The notes under the pieces: model-generated
Told to the model about the DNA's origin: nothing
What the model saw: only the letters and a program-made list of their open reading frames with translations
The model's database searches: none
Assembly: GCA_965226585.1 (NCBI GenBank)
Contig: OZ245366.1
Coordinates: forward strand, 192,001 to 256,000
Direction of reading: 5' to 3'
Length of the DNA: 64,000 bases
From: Thermodesulfobacteriota bacterium
GTDB lineage: Bacteria; Desulfobacterota_D; UBA1144; Nemesobacterales; Mycalebacteriaceae
Program-made: the position numbers and the translations under genes
Part shown: piece by piece, positions 40,608 through 51,080 of the stretch
Position numbering within the stretch: the stretch's first letter is position 1
Layout: each line of letters opens with the position of its first letter

Positions 40608-42176
40608 TCAGAGAGGAATGTTTCCGTGCTTCCTCGGCAGGTTTGTTTTTCTTTTTCCTTCAAGCGTTTTGAACGCCCGGACAACGTTTTTTCTCGTTTC
40701 CCCCGGCATTATTATCCGGTCTATAAATCCAAGCTCCGCCGCCCTGTAAGGGTTGGCAAAGTTCTTTTTGTATTCCTCAGTCAGTTTGACCCTCTCGGCG
40801 TCCGGGTCTTTCGCTTCGGCAATCTGAGAGCGGGAGATGATGTTGACCGCCCCTTCCGAACCCATAACGGCTATCTCCGCGCCGGGATATGAAAGGTTGA
40901 TGTCTCCCCTTATGTGTTTTGACGACATAACGTCATACGCGCCGCCGTAGGCTTTTCTTGTGATAACGGTAACCCTTGGAACGGTCGCCTCGCAGTAGGC
41001 GTAAAGCAGTTTCGCCCCGTGTGTGATGATGCCTCCCCACTCCTGGTTTGTTCCCGGAAGAAAGCCCGGAACATCAACCAGCGTGAGAAGCGGAATGTTG
41101 AAGCAGTCGCAAAATCTTACAAAACGCGCCGCTTTTACCGAAGCGTCTATATCCAGACACCCGGCAAGCACCATCGGCTGATTGCCCACAACGCCAACCA
41201 CTTTGCCGTCCAGGCGGGCGAATCCTATAACCATGTTCTCGCCGTAATGCTCGTGAATCTCAAAAAATCTGGCGTCATCAATTATCCGCTTTATAACCTC
41301 TTTCATATCGTAGGGTTTGTTGGGATTGTCCGGAATCATGTCCGCTATCTCGCCCGTCTCGCGGTCTGCGGGGTCGTCACTTTCCTGCCGGGGCGGGTCT
41401 TCCATGTTGTTTGAGGGCAGAAAAGAGAGAAGTTCCTTGATTGTTTCAATGGATTCTTCATCGGTTGCCGAGGCGAAATGGGCGACACCGCTTTTTGAGT
41501 TGTGAACCACCGCGCCGCCGAGGTCTTCTGAGGTTACATCTTCATGCGTAACGGCTTTTATAACGTCTGGCCCGGTGATGAACATATAACTCGTGTCTTT
41601 TGACATAAAGATAAAGTCCGTCATTGCGGGGGAATACACCGCGCCGCCGGCGCAGGGACCCATAATTGCCGAGATTTGAGGAACAACGCCGGAGGCGAGC
41701 ACATTTCTCTGAAATATCTCCCCGTATCCGGCAAGGCTTTCCACGCCTTCCTGTATTCTTGCACCGCCTGAATCGTTGAGCCCTATCACCGGAGAGCCGG
41801 TTTCAAGAGCCATATCCATCACTTTGCATATTTTTTTGCCGTGAACCATGCCGAGCGAGCCGCCGAACACGGTAAAATCCTGCGCGAAAACAAAAACCTG
41901 CCGTCCGTTCACGGTTCCGCAACCGGTGATAACTCCGTCTCCGAGGAACTTTTTATCCTCCATTCCGAAGTCTTTGCATCTGTGGACGACAAACTTGTCG
42001 AATTCTTCAAAGCTGTCTTTATCGAGAAGAATGTTTATGCGTTCTCTCGCGGTGAGTTTGCCGTTTTCGTGCTGGCGTTCCACCCGCGCCTTTCCGCCGC
42101 CGAGTTCCGCTTCTTTCTCCTTTTTCTTCAAGAGTTGAACGTTCTCTTTGGCGTTTTTGCTCTCTTTTTCAGTCAT
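40608..42176 (-). CDS. pccB: Acyl-CoA (propionyl-CoA) carboxylase carboxyltransferase beta subunit
   Basis: [47 protein letters not shown]. Confidence 0.95.
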   Translation of the reverse strand: MTEKESKNAKENVQLLKKKEKEAELGGGKARVERQHENGKLTARERINILLDKDSFEEFDKFVVHRCKDFGMEDKKFLGDGVITGCGTVNGRQVFVFAQDFTVFGGSLGMVHGKKICKVMDMALETGSPVIGLNDSGGARIQEGVESLAGYGEIFQRNVLASGVVPQISAIMGPCAGGAVYSPAMTDFIFMSKDTSYMFITGPDVIKAVTHEDVTSEDLGGAVVHNSKSGVAHFASATDEESIETIKELLSFLPSNNMEDPPRQESDDPADRETGEIADMIPDNPNKPYDMKEVIKRIIDDARFFEIHEHYGENMVIGFARLDGKVVGVVGNQPMVLAGCLDIDASVKAARFVRFCDCFNIPLLTLVDVPGFLPGTNQEWGGIITHGAKLLYAYCEATVPRVTVITRKAYGGAYDVMSSKHIRGDINLSYPGAEIAVMGSEGAVNIISRSQIAEAKDPDAERVKLTEEYKKNFANPYRAAELGFIDRIIMPGETRKNVVRAFKTLEGKRKTNLPRKHGNIPL

Positions 42177-42323
42177 TTTGTGAAGTTCCGCCTGCGGAAA
42201 ATTACAGGGTCTGACTATACCGAAATGTGGAGATACCCGCAAGCGGGAGAGGAAAGTTTGAATCGATACTGTGAAGGGTATAGGGTTACAGAACGAACAA
42301 TCTCGAAAAAGGAAGGAAATAAA

Positions 42324-42752
42324 TTGGGAAGTATCATTGTTGTATTTTTTGCCCTTGGGTTGGTTGTAGCGATTTTGGGGGCAATAGGTTGGCATTTGTT
42401 GCTTTTTTTAGGAATGGCTGCCGTGGCAATCGTCCTCATTTTGGCTGTGGAGGAGTTTGACGGGAAGAAATACGGTCTTCTTATTCTTGGCGGGGTAATT
42501 GTGGTGTTTGGTGGAGTGTTAATTGTGGCTTTGGGAAGTGACTCTGATGGGACGCAACAGCGTGATGTGGCACAACAACGGGTAACCCAGACGCAAAGTC
42601 GTTATGAAACAACGGGCAGAAGAAAAAATTGTGATGACCATTGCAGACGTGAATGCAATGCAGTTCGTCGAATTGAAAAGAAATTCGGTAGATCTTTTTC
42701 AAGTTCCATGTGGAGAGGGTGTTTTGATGCCTGTAAAAAAACTTGCTATTAA
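42324..42752 (+). CDS. Hypothetical membrane protein with a C-terminal Cys-rich domain
   Basis: TTG start after AGGAAGGA; three hydrophobic segments; CDDHCRREC...CFDACKKTC. Confidence 0.65.
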   Translation: MGSIIVVFFALGLVVAILGAIGWHLLLFLGMAAVAIVLILAVEEFDGKKYGLLILGGVIVVFGGVLIVALGSDSDGTQQRDVAQQRVTQTQSRYETTGRRKNCDDHCRRECNAVRRIEKKFGRSFSSSMWRGCFDACKKTCY

Positions 42753-44788
42753 AAATCTCTAGAATCGCTTTCGCCTCTCCAATCGGAAAAACCCTCCCAC
42801 AACTTTTCAACTTTCTCTCTCAACTCTTCCACACCCCCCGAATTATCAATCACAAAATCTGGATTGACTCTGCCCCGTCCCGATTGGGAGTCAAGTCGTT
42901 TTCGCACCTCGTCAGAGGAAAACCCATCTCTTTTTGCCGCCCTTTCAAACTTCACTTTCTCATCTGCTTCAACAAGAACAAGAATGTCCACAAATCTGCC
43001 CACACCCTTTGAGCGTGAAAGCAGAGCCGCTTCTATCACAACTACCTTCGCACCGCCGGCAGACTCCTCGCCCACACGCCTGACTACCTCGTCTCTTATC
43101 GCTGGATGCGTTATCCGTTCAAGAACCTTCCGCTTTTCCGGGTCGGAAAAAACCGTGTCGCCAAGTTTTGCCCTGTCTATGGAGCCACCGGAATCAAGAA
43201 CACCGTTGCCGAAAGCGAGGACTATCTTTTCAAACACAGGCGTTCCGGGAACGGAAACCGCACGCGAAACTTCATCTGCGTCTATTATCTTCGCTCCAAG
43301 TTCCCCCAAAATCTGAGCGACCGTGGATTTGCCTGAACACAAATTGCCGCAAATTCCGATTACTCTAACCTTCCGTCTCTCCTCTCGTTTTTTTATAACG
43401 TTTATGGACTGCTTAATCCGTGCGATGCTTTCATCCCTTTTTAATCCGGCAACAACTTCAAAAATCCCGGGGCTTTGCGCACTTCGAGTCAGAGCAGCAC
43501 GTAGGGGTTGAGCGATATGTTTCAGTTTCATTTCCTTCTCTTCGGCAAAAGAAGTCAGAATTGATTTAACTCTCTCCTCGTTAAAACCTTCTTCTCCTTC
43601 ACGTTCAAATTTGAGCAATAGTTGCTCAAGAACATAAAGGGAGTTTTCATTGACTAAATTCTTCTCTACCGCTCTTGAAAGAGGTCCTCTCTTCCTTCGA
43701 AACAAAAACAAACTTTTTTCCGCCATCTCAACAACCGTCTCCGCCCGCTCTTTCATCAATTCATACGCCTTTTCCGCATCTTCCTGAGACACATTAAAAC
43801 CTTTTTCCTTCAACACATCGCGCAGAGGCTTTACCACATCGCACTTTCCATCGCGTATGTGAACGCCGTTCACCCACCGCATTTTTTCCTCGTCAAAGTT
43901 GGACGGAGACGTTCCGAGACCCTTTATGTCAAACTTCTCCACAAGTTCTGAAAGCGTAAAAATTTCATCATCACCGTGCGACCAGCCGAGCCGCGCTATG
44001 TAGTTTGCGAGCGCGGACGGAAGAAAACCCTTTTCACGAAACGCCGAAACAGACACCGCGCCGTGCCGCTTGCTCAGTTTTGTTCCGTCCGGGGCAAGAA
44101 TCACGGGGAGATGGACAAAAGACGGCGGCGTAAAATTGAGGGCTTTTTGAAGCAATATCTGCTTGGGAGTGTTCACAAGATGCTCGTCTCCCCTTATCAC
44201 ATGCGTTATCTCCGTAAGCGCGTCATCTATGGCGGAGGCGAAATTGTATGTCGGCATTCCGTCTGAACGGATGATGACAAAATCCTCCACATCTTCTGCG
44301 GGAAAACTCATTCCGCCCCTTAGCAGGTCGGTAAAGTTTACGCCATCTGCCCCTGTCTGCGGAACGGCAAAACGCACGGCAAACGGCGCGCCTTCTTTTT
44401 TTCCGCGCTCCGCCCACTCTCTTTTATAGCGGAAATGTCCGCCCGCGCTTTCAGCGGCTTTCTTCTCGCTTTCAAGGTCTTCGGGCGTCATCCAGCACTT
44501 GAACGCCGCGCCTGAGGTGAGCAGTTTTTCTGAGAATTCGTTGTAAATCTTCAGCCGCCCGGACTGGCGCAGAGGTTCGGTTTCGCATTCAATTCCCAGC
44601 CATTTCAGGGATTCAACTATCTCCGAGAGAGATTTAGAGGTTGAGCGTTCGGTGTCTGTGTCCTCTATTCTGAGAACAAACTTGCCCCCGTTGCGGCAGG
44701 CGTAAAGCCAGTTGAAAAGGGCGGTTCTTGCTCCGCCGATATGGAGCGAACCGGTCGGGCTTGGGGCGAATCTTGTTTTTACGCTCAT
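42749..44788 (-). CDS. gltX: Glutamate--tRNA ligase fused to C-terminal dephospho-CoA kinase (GltX-CoaE)
   Basis: RFAPSPTG, HIGG, LRIEDTD, IRGDEH, KLSKR; then VIGICGNLCSGKST, IIDAD, IDRAKLGDTVF, LERITHP, VIDNSG (CoaE), all in one 679-aa ORF. Confidence 0.93.
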   Translation of the reverse strand: MSVKTRFAPSPTGSLHIGGARTALFNWLYACRNGGKFVLRIEDTDTERSTSKSLSEIVESLKWLGIECETEPLRQSGRLKIYNEFSEKLLTSGAAFKCWMTPEDLESEKKAAESAGGHFRYKREWAERGKKEGAPFAVRFAVPQTGADGVNFTDLLRGGMSFPAEDVEDFVIIRSDGMPTYNFASAIDDALTEITHVIRGDEHLVNTPKQILLQKALNFTPPSFVHLPVILAPDGTKLSKRHGAVSVSAFREKGFLPSALANYIARLGWSHGDDEIFTLSELVEKFDIKGLGTSPSNFDEEKMRWVNGVHIRDGKCDVVKPLRDVLKEKGFNVSQEDAEKAYELMKERAETVVEMAEKSLFLFRRKRGPLSRAVEKNLVNENSLYVLEQLLLKFEREGEEGFNEERVKSILTSFAEEKEMKLKHIAQPLRAALTRSAQSPGIFEVVAGLKRDESIARIKQSINVIKKREERRKVRVIGICGNLCSGKSTVAQILGELGAKIIDADEVSRAVSVPGTPVFEKIVLAFGNGVLDSGGSIDRAKLGDTVFSDPEKRKVLERITHPAIRDEVVRRVGEESAGGAKVVVIEAALLSRSKGVGRFVDILVLVEADEKVKFERAAKRDGFSSDEVRKRLDSQSGRGRVNPDFVIDNSGGVEELREKVEKLWEGFSDWRGESDSRDF

Positions 44789-45036
44789 CAGGCGCTGTCA
44801 AGACCGCCTTTGCGGGCAAGATCCTCCAGTTCGTTAAAGCCCCCGATGAGTTCGCCGTTTTTGAGAATCAGCGGAACCGTTCTCCAGTTGTGTTTTTCAG
44901 ACAGTTTGACCCGTTCTTCGGGGTTTTGCGTGAGGTCTATCTCCTCGTATTCAACGCCTTTCCCTGAAAGCATCGCTTTCGCGGCGTTGCAGTAAGGGCA
45001 GGTTTTTGTGGTGTAGATTGTGTAACCGGCGGACAT
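44788..45036 (-). CDS. grxC: Dithiol glutaredoxin (GrxC-like)
   Basis: CPYC, RTVP, IGGF. Confidence 0.9.
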   Translation of the reverse strand: MSAGYTIYTTKTCPYCNAAKAMLSGKGVEYEEIDLTQNPEERVKLSEKHNWRTVPLILKNGELIGGFNELEDLARKGGLDSA

Positions 45037-45109
45037 TTTCACTCTCCAAATCAGCAATGAAGCAAATATACTTGGCTTTGCGCAAGCGTGAAAGTATGCT
45101 GTTGGTCTT

Positions 45110-45586
45110 GTGGCGAAAAAATTCAGAAATGCGGCGAGTTTCGGAAAAAGAATAGAGTTCTGGATTATCGGCGAGATGATGAAAGAAGGTCTGGATGTTT
45201 ATGTTCCCCTTGTTGACGATATGGGAATTGACGCAGTTGTAAGACAGTCGGAAGGAAAGTTCATTGAAGTTCAAATCAAAGCAAGGTCAAAGGACGTAAT
45301 ACCCGGAGATGCCGCGCTGTTTGCGTCTATAAGACACGAACACAGGGAAAACTATTGGTTTGTCTTTTACTCGGAAGGAATGGATACCAAATGGATTATG
45401 AGTTCAGAAGAGTTTATAGAGGAAGCAAACCAAAATAATACGGGGAAAAATAAAGGGAAACGCAGTATATGGTTTAACGGAAAAAGGAAGAATAGAGAAA
45501 CGGGGAAATACAGCTACCACATTAAACCGCAATTTGAGAAATATGTTGCGGTGGACTTCGGGAGATTGAAAGACGACACAAAATGA
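45110..45586 (+). CDS. Stand-alone PD-(D/E)XK nuclease-fold protein
   Basis: GKRIE...PLVDDMGIDAVV...EVQIKAR; AT-rich. Confidence 0.7.
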   Translation: MAKKFRNAASFGKRIEFWIIGEMMKEGLDVYVPLVDDMGIDAVVRQSEGKFIEVQIKARSKDVIPGDAALFASIRHEHRENYWFVFYSEGMDTKWIMSSEEFIEEANQNNTGKNKGKRSIWFNGKRKNRETGKYSYHIKPQFEKYVAVDFGRLKDDTK

Positions 45587-46722
45587 CCGAACAGTTCAAA
45601 AAACTCTCTCCTCCTGAGCGGATTCTTATGGGACCCGGTCCCAGCAATGTCAGCAAGGCGGTTTATGACGCGCTCGCGACTCCGATTATTGGGCATCTTG
45701 ACCCTGATTTTCTCACGATAATGGACGAAATCGGCGCAATGCTGAGAGAGGTTTTTCAAACCCGCAACAGACTCACAATCCCAATGTCCGGCACGGGAAG
45801 TTCGGGAATGGAAACGGCTTTTGTGAACATAATTGAACCCGGAGACACCGTTGTTATCGGGGTGAACGGGGTTTTCGGCGAAAGAATGTGCGATGTGGCT
45901 TCTCGTTGCGGCGCAAAAACCGTTCGGGTGGAAGCGAACTGGGGAGACATAGTTGAGCCGGACGCCTTTATCAGCGCGCTTAAAGAAAACCCCGGAGCAA
46001 AAGCGGCGGCGGTTGTTCACGCGGAAACCTCTACCGGCGCGCTTCAGCCGCTTGAAGAGATTGGCGCGCACACGGCGCAAACAGATACGCTTTTTGTTGT
46101 GGACGCCGTTACCTCGCTTGCAGGATGCGACCTGAAAATTGACGGCTGGAATGTGGACGTGTGTTACAGCGGAACACAGAAATGCCTGAGCGTGCCGCCC
46201 GGCATATCGCCCGTAACCTTCAGCGAAAAAGCGGAAAAAACACTCGCAGGCAAAAAAAGCAAGGTTCAAAGCTGGTATCTCGACCTCGGAATGATATGCA
46301 AATACTGGGGAAGCGAGCGGGTTTATCACCACACCGCCCCCGTTTCCATGCTTTTCGCCCTGCGCGAGGGACTGCGCGTTATCCTTGAAGAAGGGCTTGA
46401 AAACCGCTTTGAAAGACACCGCAAACTTGGAAACCTTCTCTCATCAAAACTCGCGGAACTCGGCTTCAAACCCTTCGCGCGCGAGGGCTATCGCCTTCCC
46501 ATGCTGGCTTCGGTGATTCTGCCGGACGGACTTCCTGACGCGGAAACGAGAAAACACCTGCTCAAAGACCGCAAAATAGAGGTGGGACCCGGGCTCGGGG
46601 AAACCAAAGGCAAGATCTGGAGAGTGGGGCTTATGGGAGAGAGCTGCACGGAGGAAAATGTGGAGGCTCTTTCCTCCGCGCTTAAAGAGATAACGGCGGC
46701 GGACGGGCGCGGCGCGGGTTGA
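45583..46722 (+). CDS. Alanine--glyoxylate / serine--pyruvate aminotransferase (class V PLP)
   Basis: LMGPGPS, HAETSTG, VDAVTS, GTQKCLS, YHHTAP, WRVGLMG. Confidence 0.93.
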   Translation: MTEQFKKLSPPERILMGPGPSNVSKAVYDALATPIIGHLDPDFLTIMDEIGAMLREVFQTRNRLTIPMSGTGSSGMETAFVNIIEPGDTVVIGVNGVFGERMCDVASRCGAKTVRVEANWGDIVEPDAFISALKENPGAKAAAVVHAETSTGALQPLEEIGAHTAQTDTLFVVDAVTSLAGCDLKIDGWNVDVCYSGTQKCLSVPPGISPVTFSEKAEKTLAGKKSKVQSWYLDLGMICKYWGSERVYHHTAPVSMLFALREGLRVILEEGLENRFERHRKLGNLLSSKLAELGFKPFAREGYRLPMLASVILPDGLPDAETRKHLLKDRKIEVGPGLGETKGKIWRVGLMGESCTEENVEALSSALKEITAADGRGAG

Positions 46723-46746
46723 CTTGTTTCCCCCTTTCGTTATAAT
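46719..46746 (+). promoter_or_regulatory. Sigma-70 promoter of rplM-rpsI
   Basis: TTGACT-16 bp-TATAAT upstream of rplM. Confidence 0.6.
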
Positions 46747-46764
46747 CGCAACCCTGTAATTGCG

Positions 46765-47193
46765 ATGAAAACTTACATTGAAAAATCTGACGGACGCGAC
46801 AGGCAGTGGCAGATTGTTGATGCCGACGGGAAGACTCTCGGACGGCTCGCAACAAGGCTCGCCACCATGCTCAGAGGCAAAGATAAACCCAGTTTCACAC
46901 CGCACGCAGACACGGGAGATTTTGTTGTGGTTGTGAACGCCGAGAAAGTGCATCTGACCGGCAACAAACTCAGAGACAAAATGTATTACAGCCACAGCGG
47001 CTATCCGGGAGGGCTCAAGAACGTTTCCGCGGAAACTCTTGCCGTGGAAAACCCCGAAGAACTTGTCAGAAAAGCCGTGTGGGGAATGCTTCCGAAAAAC
47101 AAAACGCAAAAGAAACTGATAAACAGACTGAAGGTTTACGCAGGCGGCGAGCATCCGCACGCGGCGCAAAACCCTAAGGCGAGGCAAGTTTAA
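46765..47193 (+). CDS. rplM: 50S ribosomal protein L13
   Basis: [37 protein letters not shown]. Confidence 0.98.
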   Translation: MKTYIEKSDGRDRQWQIVDADGKTLGRLATRLATMLRGKDKPSFTPHADTGDFVVVVNAEKVHLTGNKLRDKMYYSHSGYPGGLKNVSAETLAVENPEELVRKAVWGMLPKNKTQKKLINRLKVYAGGEHPHAAQNPKARQV

Positions 47194-47207
47194 CCCCCGG
47201 AGAACCA

Positions 47208-47609
47208 ATGGCTGAAGCACAAACAGATATTTTTAACGGAACGGGACGGAGAAAAAACTCTGTCGCCTCGGTGTGGGTAAAACCCGGAACCGGAAAAATC
47301 ACCATCAACAAAAGAGACTTCAAACAGTATTTTCCGCGTGAAACGTGGCAGATAAAGGTGAGCGAACCTCTATCCATAACCAACTCTGCGGGAAAGTTTG
47401 ACATCAACGTAAACGTAAGAGGCGGCGGATTGACCGGACAGGCGGGCTCGGTAAGCCACGGACTTTCCAGAGCACTTCTGAAATATGACGAAACCTTGAG
47501 GAAGAAATTGAAAGGAGCCGGCCTTCTCCGGCGCGACTCGCGAATGGTGGAGAGCAAAAAGTACGGCCGCAAAAAGGCGCGGCGCGGACAGCAGTTCTCC
47601 AAGAGGTAA
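47208..47609 (+). CDS. rpsI: 30S ribosomal protein S9
   Basis: [31 protein letters not shown]. Confidence 0.98.
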   Translation: MAEAQTDIFNGTGRRKNSVASVWVKPGTGKITINKRDFKQYFPRETWQIKVSEPLSITNSAGKFDINVNVRGGGLTGQAGSVSHGLSRALLKYDETLRKKLKGAGLLRRDSRMVESKKYGRKKARRGQQFSKR

Positions 47610-47615
47610 TCCTTT

Positions 47616-48959
47616 TTGCCCACAGGAAAGAAGCAAAAACGCGCCAAAGGAAAGAGCATTGCTCCTGCCGAAGGCAAGCTTGGCGTTCTTCTTCCCGGCA
47701 TCAGCGGGGCGGTAAGCACAACTTTTATAGCCGGAGTTGAGTCCTTCAACAAAGGCGAAGGCAGACCGGTCGGCTCCCTGACCCAGATGGGAACCATACG
47801 GATCGGCAAAAGAACGGACGGCAAAAGCCCGGGGATTAAAGAACTCTTCCCGCTTGCGGATTGCAAAGACCTTGTTTTCGGCGGGTGGGATATTGCCGCC
47901 GAAACCTGCTATGACGCGGCGGCAAGGGCGGGAGTGCTGAACCATTCAACGCTTGACAAAGTCAGAGAGGAAATAGACGCGATAACGCCCATGAAAGCGG
48001 TGTTCAGCAGAAAATATGTGAAAAACCTTTCCGGTTCCCATGTGAAAAAAGGCAAAACAAAGATGGATTTTGCCACACAGCTGATTGACGACATAGCGGA
48101 TTTCAAAAAGCGCAACGGACTGAAACGCGCAGTGATGGTGTGGTGCGGAAGCACTGAAACGCACATAAAGCCGCAGGCGGTTCACGGCAGTATAGAGAAG
48201 TTTGAACGCGGAATGAAAGCAAATCACGCGGGCATCGCGCCGAGCATGATTTATGCCTACGCCGCCATAAAATCGGGAGTGCCGTACGCAAACGGCGCGC
48301 CGAATCTTTCGGCGGACATTCCCGCCCTTGTTTCTCTGGCGAAAAAACACAGGGTTCCCATATGCGGCAAAGACTTCAAAACCGGGCAGACGCTTATGAA
48401 AACCATCATCGCTCCGGGGCTGAAAGCCAGAATGCTGGGGCTGAACGGTTGGTTTTCAACAAACATTCTCGGCAACCGAGACGGCGAAGTGCTTGACGAC
48501 CCCTCATCTTTCAAAACGAAAGAGGAGAGCAAATTGAGCGTGCTTGAGTACATACTTCAGCCCAAACTTCACCCCGAACTTTACTCGGACTACTACCACA
48601 AGGTGAGAATCAACTACTACCCGCCGAGGGGAGACGAAAAAGAGGCGTGGGACAACATAGACATTTTCGGGTGGCTGGACTATCCGATGCAGATGAAGAT
48701 CAACTTCCTCTGCCGCGACAGCATACTCGCCGCCCCGGTGGTGCTTGACCTTGTGATGTTCCTTGACCTCGCCAAAAGAGCCGGAATGAGCGGCATACAG
48801 GAATGGCTTTCGTTCTACTTCAAAAGCCCCATGGTGGGCGCGGGGCTTTACCCTGAACACGATGTTTTCATCCAGTTGACCAAACTGAAAAACACCCTGC
48901 GGCACATCGCGGGCGAAGAGCAGATAACCCATCTGGGTCTTGAATACTACGAGAAATAG
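47616..48959 (+). CDS. ino1: Myo-inositol-1-phosphate synthase
   Basis: GAVSTT, FGGWD, NGAPN, GKDFKTGQT, NILGNRDG, CRDSILAAP. Confidence 0.93.
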   Translation: MPTGKKQKRAKGKSIAPAEGKLGVLLPGISGAVSTTFIAGVESFNKGEGRPVGSLTQMGTIRIGKRTDGKSPGIKELFPLADCKDLVFGGWDIAAETCYDAAARAGVLNHSTLDKVREEIDAITPMKAVFSRKYVKNLSGSHVKKGKTKMDFATQLIDDIADFKKRNGLKRAVMVWCGSTETHIKPQAVHGSIEKFERGMKANHAGIAPSMIYAYAAIKSGVPYANGAPNLSADIPALVSLAKKHRVPICGKDFKTGQTLMKTIIAPGLKARMLGLNGWFSTNILGNRDGEVLDDPSSFKTKEESKLSVLEYILQPKLHPELYSDYYHKVRINYYPPRGDEKEAWDNIDIFGWLDYPMQMKINFLCRDSILAAPVVLDLVMFLDLAKRAGMSGIQEWLSFYFKSPMVGAGLYPEHDVFIQLTKLKNTLRHIAGEEQITHLGLEYYEK

Positions 48960-48995
48960 ACACGCCGCCCCTTTCCTCTTGCGCGGACGCTGATA

Positions 48996-49688
48996 TTAGA
49001 AAGTTGTTATAACCGCCACGCCTAGGCGCAAAGTTTTGTGGGGACCTATGTGGGCGCCGAGATTTGTGTGGGGCAGGATGCCGAAGGTTGCATACGGCGC
49101 GAACCACAGTTTGCTCAGGAAACTGTCGGGATTGTCCGCCGCGCGAAACGCCACTTTGAGTTGTGTGTAAACACCGCTGAATGAGTGGCCGCCGTGGTTG
49201 TCATACACATAGGTAAAACCCGGAAACACAGACAGTCTTTTTCCCGACTTAATCTCAATTCCCATATCGGCTGATATCTGCGCCCCGTCCAGAGCCCCGC
49301 CGTCTTTTACATAAGACGTGTTCACCCTTACGTACGGGTCTGCCTGCCTGTCCGGGAGAAAGTGATAAAGCGCGCCCCAGCCAACTTTGAAATATCTGGG
49401 GCTGTCTGATGACTTTTTATCCTGTTTAAGCTGATATATCCCTCCAAACTCCACGCTGAGGTTTGGAATGAAGCTTTTGAAGGTCAGATACTGGTTGGAA
49501 AGTATGTCATTGTGGTTGCCGCTTTCATTCCCTGTCTGCCTCTCCTCACCGTACACGATTGAGTAGTAGGCGTCTGAGGTGTAGTAGACATTGCTGTTGA
49601 GGATGCCGCTGTGATATGTCTGCGCGCTTGCGGAAGAAACCGCAAGAATCAGACACGCAAAAACGCTGAAGGCTGAAATTCGATTCAT
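48996..49688 (-). CDS. Putative outer-membrane beta-barrel protein, paralog A
   Basis: Signal peptide (ASA), alternating aromatic strands, DPYV motif, terminal Phe. Confidence 0.7.
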   Translation of the reverse strand: MNRISAFSVFACLILAVSSASAQTYHSGILNSNVYYTSDAYYSIVYGEERQTGNESGNHNDILSNQYLTFKSFIPNLSVEFGGIYQLKQDKKSSDSPRYFKVGWGALYHFLPDRQADPYVRVNTSYVKDGGALDGAQISADMGIEIKSGKRLSVFPGFTYVYDNHGGHSFSGVYTQLKVAFRAADNPDSFLSKLWFAPYATFGILPHTNLGAHIGPHKTLRLGVAVITTF

Positions 49689-49787
49689 GCGGAAATTCTC
49701 GTCAAAACGGGGTTATTGTTCCCGACAGCAGTAGGGAAATCAAAGGAATAATAGAAGCGGAGGTTTCCATTGAGACGGCTGGCTGGT

Positions 49788-51032
49788 TCAGTTGCGCATA
49801 AAGCTGTAGAGATGCTCGCCTATCTCCGAGTTCTTTAGTTTGTTGAGCGAGTGCTTTTCAATCTGCCTTATGCGCTCGCGGGTCAGGTCAAACATCTTTC
49901 CAATCTCGTCAAGGGTGAAAGTGCCGCTCTGGTCTATGCCGAAGCGCAGCTTGATAATCTTTTCCTCTCTCTCGTTGAGGTGCTGTTTGAGCGCCTCGCG
50001 CAGTTTTTTGGAAAGCGCGTTTTTCGCTATCACGAAATCGGGAATGGAGTCTTCCTGGTCGGGAACGGAATCCAGCAGAGTCGCGTTTTTGCCCTCAAGA
50101 ATCGGAGTGTCAAGACTTATCGCGTCATTTGTTGAGTTCAGTATTCTTTTGACAACCTCAATCGCTATGCCGGATTCAAGGGATATCTCTTCGGGCGTGG
50201 GCTTTCTGTCCGTTGTTTTGGAAAGTTTGGAAACCGTTTTATAAACACGGTTCGCCTGCTCAAGAAGATAAACCGGAACCTTAATCGTTCTCGTCTGCCC
50301 CTGAAGAGCCCTCAATATCGCCTGATGTATCCACCATGAAGCGTAGGTTGAAAACTTGTAGCCCTTCGTGTGGTCAAACCTCTCAACCGCCCTCATCAGG
50401 CCGAGATTGCCCTCCTGAATCAGGTCGGGAAGCGGAAGACCGCGGTTTGTGTACCTTCTGGATATAGTTATGACAAGCCTCAGGTTGGCTTTAACAAACT
50501 TCTGCTTAAGCCGCTGGGCTTTGTTCTCCTGAGATATTCTGGCAAGCCGCGAAAGGGCTTCCATTCTCCTGTCGTATTCAGCTTTCTTTCCGGCGCTTCT
50601 CGCCATCGCTTTCTTCTTTATCAACTGCTCCACTTTGGAAGGTTTGGAGTAGGAGCCATCATCTTTTCTGTATTTTGAGTCCGTGGTTTCGGCAACCGCT
50701 TCGTATTTTTTTATCTTGGAAGATATTTCCACCTCCTGCTTGGCGGTGAAAAGGTCTTCGGAAGACATATTTTTGAAATACACATAGAGAAGCCTCATGT
50801 GCTCATCGGGGCTGAAATCGCCCTTTTTCTTTTTGGATTTGCCGTTTGACGCCTCAATAAACGCCTGGTCGGGCGGGGGCTCCGGGAAGTCGGCTTCGGG
50901 AGCCTCAATCACAACATCTTCGGTCGCTTCAAAATCCGCCTCTTTTCCGTCTCCGTCACCCGAAAGGGAGCCGGATTCAAGAGATCCGTCTTTCAAATTC
51001 TCAATTTCGGGGGGTTTTTCCTTTGCTGTCAT
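49788..51032 (-). CDS. RNA polymerase sigma-70 family factor (RpoD/RpoS-like)
   Basis: ANLRLVI, DLIQEGNLGL, KFSTYASWWI, SLDTPI, TLDEIG...TRERIRQIE. Confidence 0.93.
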   Translation of the reverse strand: MTAKEKPPEIENLKDGSLESGSLSGDGDGKEADFEATEDVVIEAPEADFPEPPPDQAFIEASNGKSKKKKGDFSPDEHMRLLYVYFKNMSSEDLFTAKQEVEISSKIKKYEAVAETTDSKYRKDDGSYSKPSKVEQLIKKKAMARSAGKKAEYDRRMEALSRLARISQENKAQRLKQKFVKANLRLVITISRRYTNRGLPLPDLIQEGNLGLMRAVERFDHTKGYKFSTYASWWIHQAILRALQGQTRTIKVPVYLLEQANRVYKTVSKLSKTTDRKPTPEEISLESGIAIEVVKRILNSTNDAISLDTPILEGKNATLLDSVPDQEDSIPDFVIAKNALSKKLREALKQHLNEREEKIIKLRFGIDQSGTFTLDEIGKMFDLTRERIRQIEKHSLNKLKNSEIGEHLYSFMRN

Positions 51033-51080
51033 AACTTTTTACTCATCAGGCGGGAGGTATTTTCGCTCCGCAAAACCTCA

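Noticed and set aside
41841..42323. N-terminal half of the 303-aa + strand ORF
   Set aside because: It is mostly an antisense shadow of pccB. The credible gene starts at TTG 42324 after an SD-like sequence.
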